DNA of 64,000 nucleotides from Calditrichales bacterium (GTDB taxonomy: Bacteria > Calditrichota > Calditrichia > Calditrichales > J004). This document shows, piece after piece, positions 57,301-64,000 of the stretch. The notes below the pieces were generated by a model, which saw only the letters and a program-made list of their open reading frames with translations, did no database searches and was not told the origin of the DNA. The number at the start of each line of letters is the position of its first letter. Positions within the stretch are counted from its first letter, which is position 1. The translations under genes and the position numbers were made by a program. The DNA lies in the NCBI GenBank assembly GCA_965267575.1, contig OZ254086.1, positions 3,136,001 through 3,200,000 on the forward strand. The letters are read 5' to 3'.

Positions 57301-58272
57301 GATGATATTATCGTCGCTGAGGCTATTGTCGGTTTTGGGCTGATGAAAATAGCTGTGAAAGCCATTGAAAGACGCTGAGTAGAGGGCCAGTCCTCGCGCC
57401 GTTCCCACCCAGATGCGATTGTTGCTATCGCGGAGAATAGTATTGACGGCGTTTGATGGCAGGCCTTTTTTATCTTCGCGGTCGTAACTCAAATGCGTGG
57501 TGGTGCCTTTTAGCGGATTATAGATGGCGATGCCTCGGTTGTTGGTGCCAATCCACATCGAGCCCTTATCATCCTCGCAGATACTGCTGACGTGAGTGAG
57601 GGGCACGCCGTCGGCGCAGGTAATGAAATCATATCGCACCACCTCGTTGGTGGCAGGGTTAATGCGGTTGAGCCCGGCATCCAGCGTTCCCACCCAGATA
57701 TATCCTTTTTCATCCTCAAAAAGAGTTCCGACGCGGTTAGAACTGATACTGCTGTTATCTTCATCCTTATGTCTAAAATGGAAAATAACATGGCCTTGCC
57801 GATTCAGACGGTAGACGCCGGAACCATTGCTTGCTACCCAGACATGATTGCTGCTTCCGTCTGCAATGATCGTGTTAATTGGTGACGAAGGAATATGCTT
57901 ACCGCTGATGAGATTGCGGAAACGGCCTGTTTGCGGGTTGTACATGGAAATGCCGCTGCTCGAAGTGGCGATCCACAGGGTCCTGTCATCTGTTTCGGCC
58001 AGGCTCACAATAAAGTTGGCGCTCAGGGAAGAAACATTATCCTGTTTACGAAAGATACGGAAAGTGTAGCCATCGTAGCGGTTGAGGCCGGCCTGTGTGC
58101 CAAACCACATAAAGCCCTGCTTGTCCTGAATGATCGTATTTATCATGCTTTGCGACAAGCCGTCGCGGATAGTGAGACGATCAAAGAAAAGGCTTATTTC
58201 CTGGGAAACTGCATTATGCCAGGTGCCGCATATCAAAATAAGCAAAGCCAGCCTGTATAAACGTTTTCGCAT
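54328..58272 (-). CDS. Periplasmic beta-propeller/Y_Y_Y sensor fused through one TM to a PAS-like, HPt and CheA-type HATPase region
   Basis: Signal peptide; many D..G..WIGT..GL repeats; YRYKMEGFD..W...YTNLDPG.YTFRV; PPFWKT.WF TM; ALHLIKGNA; QLVRNSMCHGLE, DDGRGL, IF.PG.SS, AGRGIGMD. Confidence 0.88.
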   Translation of the reverse strand: MRKRLYRLALLILICGTWHNAVSQEISLFFDRLTIRDGLSQSMINTIIQDKQGFMWFGTQAGLNRYDGYTFRIFRKQDNVSSLSANFIVSLAETDDRTLWIATSSSGISMYNPQTGRFRNLISGKHIPSSPINTIIADGSSNHVWVASNGSGVYRLNRQGHVIFHFRHKDEDNSSISSNRVGTLFEDEKGYIWVGTLDAGLNRINPATNEVVRYDFITCADGVPLTHVSSICEDDKGSMWIGTNNRGIAIYNPLKGTTTHLSYDREDKKGLPSNAVNTILRDSNNRIWVGTARGLALYSASFNGFHSYFHQPKTDNSLSDDNIISLYEDRSGILWIGTTNGGVNKLARSYTVFHNLRNDPENRNSLSSDIVWSFYEDNDNTLWIGTSRGLNKYNPATRSYKHYNLAPGSMVEQNTVRTIAPHPDGTLYVGTDGGGVAIVNPVTETIRHITHRGNTNNSLAHNKVRDFLINNDGSMYIATMDGLNWYNPASGQFKTYRHNDEDSTTICDNRILEVMRDRLGRIWLATYNGLALFNPLNETFSNYYHNPNDTTSLTMNLVIDIHESPSDPPGILWVGTASGLNRFDSKNGKSERFYIDFSMDNNLIYTIVEDNRGFLWFGTNHGLVRMDRKTASFKNFGHKDGIENEEYNAGAAVRLRNGKLYFGGLSGVTAFNPTEIPENREIPPIAITSFRIYDKEISIDSILANNSTLSLLADDKFIAFEFAALDYTNPLKNEYRYKMEGFDKSWNDAGNRRYASYTNLDPGYYTFRVLGSNNDDVWNEEGVSLSIYIKPPFWKTLWFRLFGAFALIFASLSFYRSRVERIKRHREELRHKVNERTKELYKRNIDLKRAKKETDQILANVEEGFFLLDKDMTIQSQHSLALLKILEQSKLAGLHFLDLLDGYLNEDISGQAREFIGFMFDERLDEELIGALNPLEKCAFAFKKNRDEYQEEKFLTFTFRRVYENSHISGLIVTLTDVTKELKLSHKLAETEARVKKHMDWAVSVLQTPPLLLKEFLSSSFAEIESITGMTKDADVLCAGNDEPDFIGRALHLIKGNANLLELNFISKQVHSAEEIVSELRQSTQPKPRQTEKLAAAIANLRGDLFELKRLIDRLSEFGNQKKNQTAEDGTVSAVSELAARMGRELKKNVAVDASGYQQKLIPPSYTLLVKNILVQLVRNSMCHGLESKEERQRLSKPEQGTIYLASRIDDGKLIIDFRDDGRGLQIDKLRDKALRSERWSADELKDWSREKLAELIFVPGISSTKEVTEYAGRGIGMDLIREQLKKHEGEISVTFEKGQYCAFRIVLPLFSNN

Positions 58273-58427
58273 GATTTCCCCGCAGGCGAAGATGATCTTC
58301 TTTTTTCTAAGTATTACGCTTCGTAAGTTCTTTTCGGCAGAAATATTATTCGAAATTAGTAAAACAGAACTCAGTGGCCGATATGGTCAGTTTTCTTTCC
58401 CCATAATAACGCGTAAACCGGTGCTTC

Positions 58428-60116
58428 ATGACGCTAAAATCGCAATTCCCCTTTGTCTTCAAATATCTTAAGAACCGCGATAGCTGGGTGCTTTACCTGG
58501 CAATGTTCGTGATGGGAGCCTGCGGCCTGGCCTATGAATACACGCTCAGCAAGGTGGCCGGCGATATCCTCGGCAATTCCGTTCGGCAGTGGGCGGTTAT
58601 AATAGGGATTATGCTTTTCTTTATGGGGGTAGGCGCCGACCTGCAGAAATATTTTTCAGATAGGGTGATTGTTGACCGTTTCATCTTTTTTGAAATATTG
58701 CTCGGGCTGGTGGGCGCCTTCGGGCCGATTGCTTTCATTTATACATACGGCCGCTTTCCGCTCTATTTTGGTTTGATTGAATTCCTCTTTATAACGGGCA
58801 TCGGGCTGATCATCGGTTTTGAGATCCCGCTTATCACACGCATTAATGAACGCTTTATCAGCCAGATCCGTGTTAACCTGGCGGCCGTGCTCAAAATGGA
58901 TTACATCGGCGCGCTGGTTGGTGCCATGGCCTGGATATTTGTGATGCCGCACTTTTTTGACCAGGTGCAGGGAGCCTTTGTACTGGGGATTTTTAACGTG
59001 GCCGTGGCGGGTTTGACGCTGATTTATTTCAGAAAAGTAATAAACAATGTCCGCTTTTTGACGCTATTCTGGGTGGCTGTGGCTGCCCTGCTAACGGTGG
59101 GCATCACGCGCTCATCGGAATGGCGCAGCTACGCGGAACAGTTTTTGTATCGTGATCGCATCATCTATTCCGAGACAACACGTTACCAGCATATCGTACT
59201 GACCGAATCGCGTTCCGGCATGTTTAGCTGCTACATCAACGGCCATCTGCAATTTAGCAGCAGCGATGAATTTATCTATCATGAGATGCTCGTGCATCCG
59301 GCAATGCATCTGGCGCGCAATCCGCAAAGGGTGCTCATTTTGGGCGGCGGAGATGGCCTGGCGCTGCGCGAGGTGTTGAAATACCCGCAGGTTAGCCAGG
59401 TTACTTTGTGCGACATTGACCCGGCGATGACGGAGCTGGCGGCGACCAACCCGTACTTTATGCGGCTAAACGACAGCAGTTTTGCAGACGCCCGTGTGAT
59501 GCGCATGGAAAACCGCGCATTGATACCGGCCGATACAACGATCATACAAAAGAGAAGACCGGCCCCTTACTACGATGCGCCGGCCGAAGACCTGGCCGAG
59601 GTTGAGATTATCAACCTGGATGCGGCGCGTTTTGTGGAGCAGGTACCCGGCTTTTACGATGTGATCATCCTTGATTTTCCCGACCCCAATGCCAGCGGAC
59701 TGGCCAAGCTTTATTCTTTTGAATTTTATATGCAGCTGAAAAAAAAGCTGTCCGCGGACGGTGTGATCATCCAGCAATCCACTTCACCCTATCATGCACG
59801 TGCGCTTTTTCTAAGTGTGGGGCGTACGCTGCGGGCCGCAGGCTTTAGCGCGGTACCGCTAAAAGACAATGTGCCTTCCTTCGGGGAATGGGGCTGGTGG
59901 CTCGCGCGCCACGAAAATTATTATGGCGAAAGCTCAATGAAGCAGGGGCTGAACAATCTGGACACGATTAACGTAATGACCCAATATCTGACGCCAAAAG
60001 TGCTCTCGGCGGCTTTGACTTTTGGTAAGGATCAATTAAATTCCGAAGACCAACGTATTAACACGCTCGCAAACAATAACGCCTTTTATTATTACCTGCA
60101 AGCCTGGCAGGAATAG
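58428..60116 (+). CDS. speE: Membrane-bound polyamine aminopropyltransferase (spermidine synthase-like)
   Basis: About seven N-terminal TMs (GACGLAYE, DYIGALVG); TRYQHI, LQFSS.DE.IYHE.LVHP, LILGGGDGLA.RE, DFPDP, VPSFGEWG. Confidence 0.88.
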   Translation: MTLKSQFPFVFKYLKNRDSWVLYLAMFVMGACGLAYEYTLSKVAGDILGNSVRQWAVIIGIMLFFMGVGADLQKYFSDRVIVDRFIFFEILLGLVGAFGPIAFIYTYGRFPLYFGLIEFLFITGIGLIIGFEIPLITRINERFISQIRVNLAAVLKMDYIGALVGAMAWIFVMPHFFDQVQGAFVLGIFNVAVAGLTLIYFRKVINNVRFLTLFWVAVAALLTVGITRSSEWRSYAEQFLYRDRIIYSETTRYQHIVLTESRSGMFSCYINGHLQFSSSDEFIYHEMLVHPAMHLARNPQRVLILGGGDGLALREVLKYPQVSQVTLCDIDPAMTELAATNPYFMRLNDSSFADARVMRMENRALIPADTTIIQKRRPAPYYDAPAEDLAEVEIINLDAARFVEQVPGFYDVIILDFPDPNASGLAKLYSFEFYMQLKKKLSADGVIIQQSTSPYHARALFLSVGRTLRAAGFSAVPLKDNVPSFGEWGWWLARHENYYGESSMKQGLNNLDTINVMTQYLTPKVLSAALTFGKDQLNSEDQRINTLANNNAFYYYLQAWQE

Positions 60117-60133
60117 ACCTAAGGAGGTTTACC

Positions 60134-60952
60134 GTGAATGAAAATCTATTCAAATTCCTGGCTTTATTTTTCTTTGTTATCGTCGTCTGGTCATTTTGCA
60201 GCGAGCCCGAGCGTAACGAGGTGTACGATGTAAACGTGCAGACGCTGGTGCCGGCAAGTGACGGCCTGGACCTCAAGGCGGTTGGTGCCCTGCTTAAGAA
60301 AGCCGAAGACGGCGAACAATTCGAAAAACTGCTCAACTCCCCCGAAGAGCGCGTCAACAATCTTGACCTGAACGGGGACGGACAGGTGGACTACATCAAG
60401 GTTACCGAATACGGTGAAGGTGACGTAAAGGGCTTTTCGCTTACGACCGAGGCCGCGGGTGGGGAAGAGCAGGAACTGGCCACCATCGAGGTTGAAAAAG
60501 CCGGCGAGCAGGCCAACGTGGAAATCCAGGGCAACGAGCAGATATACGGTCGTAACCACTATTACCACTCTTCATTCGGCCTGGGCGAGATGTTACTGCT
60601 GGGCTGGATGTTTTCGCCGCACAGGGCCTGGGTATCGCCATGGGGTTATGGCTCCTACCCGGGATACTATTCGCCTTATTCGACGTGGTCGCAGGATCGC
60701 TATCGCGGACGCACATCGGCCATGGGACAATCCTATCGATCGGCGAACAGCAGCACCTTATCAAAGAGTGTTACTTCGCCAAATGCCGGCAAGACCGCTT
60801 CACAGGTCCGCGCTCCGCTTAAAAACCCCACCGCGTCTCAGAAACAGTTTCAGGCCCGTAGCAGCAGCCGCACACGCAGCGGCGGTTTCGGTCGCAGCTC
60901 CAGTGGCTTACGCTCATCATCGCGCAGCGGCGGATTCCGCTCCGGCAAATAA
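60134..60952 (+). CDS. Exported hypothetical protein with an EF-hand-like loop and an Arg/Ser/Gly-rich tail
   Basis: AAGGAGG RBS and GTG start; signal peptide ending WSFC; NNLDLNGDGQVDY; tail RSGGFGRSSSG...SGGFRSGK. Confidence 0.75.
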   Translation: MNENLFKFLALFFFVIVVWSFCSEPERNEVYDVNVQTLVPASDGLDLKAVGALLKKAEDGEQFEKLLNSPEERVNNLDLNGDGQVDYIKVTEYGEGDVKGFSLTTEAAGGEEQELATIEVEKAGEQANVEIQGNEQIYGRNHYYHSSFGLGEMLLLGWMFSPHRAWVSPWGYGSYPGYYSPYSTWSQDRYRGRTSAMGQSYRSANSSTLSKSVTSPNAGKTASQVRAPLKNPTASQKQFQARSSSRTRSGGFGRSSSGLRSSSRSGGFRSGK

Positions 60953-60973
60953 CATCAAAGAGCAGAGGACATC

Positions 60974-61876
60974 ATGAAAGACTATTTAGCAGAGCTCAGC
61001 GATATAAATATTATTTTTGAATTACTCTACCTTGATGGGCTGGCATATGTGATTACCGTTTTTATCATTCTATATGCCGCCAAGCTCATGTATGATCTTT
61101 TTACTCCCTTCAGCATCAGCGAGCAGCTTACAACGGCGGACAATAAAGCGGTGGCCGTTTCCTTTAGCGGATATATGCTGGGTGTTATGCTGATCCTGCT
61201 GGGAATTTTTAAATCGGGTACGGTTGTGGAAGGCGGCATCGAGTCACGCCTGGACCTGGCCCGCGATCTTCTCGCTACATTGATCTGGGGCCTGGTCGGA
61301 ATCGTGCTGCTTAATGTTTCGCGTATTTTTAACGACAAGCTTCTGCTTTACAAATTTGACAATGTCAAGGAGCTTGTGCAGGACAAAAACATTGGCACCG
61401 CGGCGGTGCTTTGGGGCAGCTACATCGGATCGGCGCTCATTGTAAAGGCGGCCGTTTACGGCGAAACACAGGGCTGGCTTATCGATATAACCGGCAGCGT
61501 AATATTTTTCCTGGCCGGACAGATCGCTTTTGTGATATATGGCTGGCTTTATCAGAAAATACACCGCTATGATGTGCATGATGAGATCGAAAAGGACAAT
61601 GTCTCGGCTGGCGTGGCTTTTGGTTTGAGCCTAACAGCCATGGGTATTCTGCTTTCCGGCTACTTGATGGAGAATCTCTCACTGGTCGGTTTTGTGCTGT
61701 GGTTTGTTTTGGCGGTCTTTATTCTGCTGGTCACTCGCTACATCGTGGATAAATTGATATTACCGGGTGCGCTGCTGGACGAGGAAGTAACCCGCGACCA
61801 AAACTGGGGCGCCTCGCTTCTGGAGGGCTCAATCGCTGTGGGGCTGGCTTTTCTGCTGGTTGCCGCCATTCTGTAA
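60974..61876 (+). CDS. DUF350-domain membrane protein (repeated domains)
   Basis: Four DN.A..-like motifs (DNKAVAV, DKNIGTA, DNVSAGV, DQNWGAS), each followed by TM pairs. Confidence 0.8.
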   Translation: MKDYLAELSDINIIFELLYLDGLAYVITVFIILYAAKLMYDLFTPFSISEQLTTADNKAVAVSFSGYMLGVMLILLGIFKSGTVVEGGIESRLDLARDLLATLIWGLVGIVLLNVSRIFNDKLLLYKFDNVKELVQDKNIGTAAVLWGSYIGSALIVKAAVYGETQGWLIDITGSVIFFLAGQIAFVIYGWLYQKIHRYDVHDEIEKDNVSAGVAFGLSLTAMGILLSGYLMENLSLVGFVLWFVLAVFILLVTRYIVDKLILPGALLDEEVTRDQNWGASLLEGSIAVGLAFLLVAAIL

Positions 61877-61891
61877 ACCGGGGATCGCTGC

Positions 61892-62665
61892 ATGCCAAAA
61901 AAGTATGAACTGAACGAAGACCAGAAAAAGGAATTTGCCGGTGTTTACCTGCTGGAATACATGGTCAATGAAAATTACGCCCCGCCGATATTTCTGCAAG
62001 GCAACGAACAGGACCTGGAAACGGTACTGGAATGGCTGCTGGCCCGTGACCTGATCGAAATACAAAATGAAGAGCAATATGTGCCGTCGCAGAAGGGTAA
62101 AGCGCGGCTTAAAAAGTTCCGCGGCCGCTACAGCGAATACCTGACCTACTACGACATCTTTTGCGCGGTTGACCTGGAAGCCGGTGAGTTTGCTTTTGAA
62201 TATTGGCACGATTACAGCGATGACAGCAGTTTTCGCGAATTTATAAACGGAGAGCGCTGGGACGATCTGCGTGTTGCCGTTGCCGATTACAAAGGCATCA
62301 ATCCTGTTGAAATCGTTTTTATGAGCTTTATCAACGAAAAGCGCTTTGGCCGTGATGCCTCCGGCTGGCAGTTTGATCTGCTGCTGGGCACCGTGTGGGA
62401 CCAGATCCTGAATATCTGTGAATCGGCCATACAATGGGAAGAACTGGGCTACGAAGACGAGCAGGGCCTTGTACCCGCGGAAGATGTCATCAATGATATT
62501 ATTGTAAGCGGCACGGAAATCATGCTGGATTTGCTGGGTGAAAAAAGATACGCCGGCAACGGTGACACCGCAGGTGATGCCGACTACGATCCCGAGCGTA
62601 TGGATGAGGGTGATTATAAAAAGTACCTCGATCCCAAATATATCAGCCCCAACTGGAAAAACTGA
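61892..62665 (+). CDS. Acidic hypothetical protein
   Basis: 257-aa ORF in an operon context, 15 nt after the DUF350 gene and 2 nt before the channel gene. Confidence 0.75.
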   Translation: MPKKYELNEDQKKEFAGVYLLEYMVNENYAPPIFLQGNEQDLETVLEWLLARDLIEIQNEEQYVPSQKGKARLKKFRGRYSEYLTYYDIFCAVDLEAGEFAFEYWHDYSDDSSFREFINGERWDDLRVAVADYKGINPVEIVFMSFINEKRFGRDASGWQFDLLLGTVWDQILNICESAIQWEELGYEDEQGLVPAEDVINDIIVSGTEIMLDLLGEKRYAGNGDTAGDADYDPERMDEGDYKKYLDPKYISPNWKN

Positions 62666-62667
62666 GC

Positions 62668-63774
62668 ATGTTTCTGCTTTGGCGCATCGTAAAAACAGTT
62701 ATCGACAACCGTATTACGCAGATTACCACCGTGCGCGTTGTGCTGCTGGCGGTTATATTGAATCTGTTGTTTGGCACGCTGTTTTACTTTGCCGAACGCG
62801 GCGTTCAGGATATCAGCTATTGGGACGCGTTATGGTGGGCGATGGTGACAATGACAACTGTAGGCTATGGTGACTTTTACGCGCAGACCACTGTGGGACG
62901 CTTTTTTATTTCCTACCCCTGCATGCTCATCGGCATTGGCATAATCGGATACCTGGTGGGTGCCGTGGCTGAAAAAATGATCGACCGCGGTTCTAGAAAA
63001 CGGAGAGGCTTATTAAGGATTACAATGAAAGAGCATATCATTATCTGCAATTTTCCCGGCGAGCAAAAAGTAATGCGTCTGCTGGAAGAAATGGCGCGCA
63101 GCCATCAATATCGTGACAAGGAAGTGGTGCTGATCAGCAATGAGATCGATCAATTGCCGCAAAAGCTGGTGAAGGAAAAAGTGCGTTTTGTGCGTGGCGA
63201 CGCTGTGCGCGAGGAAATCCTGATGCAGGCCAATATCAAGGAAACATGCGGTGTCTTTGTGCTGGCTGAAGATTCCTCCGATCCGGCGTCGGATAACAAG
63301 ACTTTCGCCATCGGGACGCAGATTGAAATGATTGAGCGCGAAATCGGAAAGCCCATTAAGACCGTTGTGGAGCTGGTAAGCATGGATAATATGAAAATGA
63401 TGCAACGCTCCAAGGTGGACGGAATTGTCAGTGCCGACGGCATTATGGATGTGCTGATCGCCCAGGAATTTCTCTATCCCGGGCTGCATGATGTGATCCA
63501 TGAGATTTTAAGCAATGCATCCGGAAGCCAGTTTTATATCCTGGACACCGCGCTGAATGGTCAGCGTTTTGGCGACATCCAGCGTAAGGCGATCGAATTT
63601 GCCGAAGGCGTGCAGGTATTGGGGCTGGAACGTAACGGGCAGAAAAAAATTAATCCCGACAAAAATACGATCGTGGAAAGGGGCGACAAGCTGATTGTAT
63701 TGGCTGACCGCCGCCGCGATTATGAAGCATTTGAAAAAAGTTTAACCGAAAATTTAGCGGAGGAATTAGAATGA
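62668..63774 (+). CDS. Potassium channel protein (two-TM pore plus RCK/TrkA domains)
   Basis: DALWWAMVTMTTVGYGD selectivity filter; HIIICN, FVRGD, C-terminal INP.....GD.L.V. Confidence 0.92.
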   Translation: MFLLWRIVKTVIDNRITQITTVRVVLLAVILNLLFGTLFYFAERGVQDISYWDALWWAMVTMTTVGYGDFYAQTTVGRFFISYPCMLIGIGIIGYLVGAVAEKMIDRGSRKRRGLLRITMKEHIIICNFPGEQKVMRLLEEMARSHQYRDKEVVLISNEIDQLPQKLVKEKVRFVRGDAVREEILMQANIKETCGVFVLAEDSSDPASDNKTFAIGTQIEMIEREIGKPIKTVVELVSMDNMKMMQRSKVDGIVSADGIMDVLIAQEFLYPGLHDVIHEILSNASGSQFYILDTALNGQRFGDIQRKAIEFAEGVQVLGLERNGQKKINPDKNTIVERGDKLIVLADRRRDYEAFEKSLTENLAEELE

Positions 63775-64000
63775 GCGTGCGAATTGCTACACGTCGCGAC
63801 GAAGACTTGGTAACATTTCTGGAGCTGAACGGCTTTGATGTGGAAGAGGTTAATAAAAACCTTATGCGGGTCACGCGTCCGGGTGAGCTGCCGGTGTTTG
63901 TTAATGTAACGGACAATGTTATGTATTTTGAAGTCGACCTGGGCAACGTATCCGGCTTTGCCAGCAAGGAGCTTTATTTCAAGCTGCTGGATATGAACAC
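63771..64000 (+). CDS. Partial YjfI/CesT-like (type III chaperone fold) protein
   Basis: Manual translation MSVRIATRRDEDLVTFLELNGFDVEEVNKNLMRVTRPGELPVFVNVTDNVMYFEVDLGNV...ELYFKLLDMN, open to the window end; ATGA overlap with the channel gene. Confidence 0.6.
   Translation, partial: MSVRIATRRDEDLVTFLELNGFDVEEVNKNLMRVTRPGELPVFVNVTDNVMYFEVDLGNVSGFASKELYFKLLDMN

Overview
A gene-dense bacterial chromosomal window with about 64 CDSs. I saw no rRNA, tRNA, CRISPR array, integrase or transposase. From left to right it holds: (1) a plus-strand run with a renalase-like oxidoreductase, an alpha/beta hydrolase, crtI, an RPE65-family carotenoid cleavage oxygenase, a fused PabB-PabC, a secreted amidase plus GH20 pair and a PhyH dioxygenase; (2) an archaeal-type cysteate synthase downstream of a three-gene phosphorelay whose sensor carries an ETR1-like ethylene-binding domain; (3) a tightly packed minus-strand cluster selU-selD-ankyrin-ATP-grasp-GT4-TPMT-like methyltransferase-ypdA; (4) assorted redox and membrane genes plus nfuA; (5) a group 3b [NiFe]-hydrogenase operon with hypABFCDE, a maturation protease and a putative Ni transporter, preceded by a Rex/CRP-like operator; (6) an AT-rich islet of about 3.9 kb (HEPN RxxxxH protein, orphan HigA, NACHT NTPase overlapping a prepilin-like gene) that is the best candidate for an undescribed defence module; (7) an amino-acid symporter, a hydrolase gene interrupted by a single TAG, further hydrolases and kinases, and a beta-propeller sensor fused to a CheA-like kinase; (8) the start of a SpeE/DUF350/K+ channel/YjfI-like operon that runs off the right edge. 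All assignments come from motif recognition by eye; no database searches were run.
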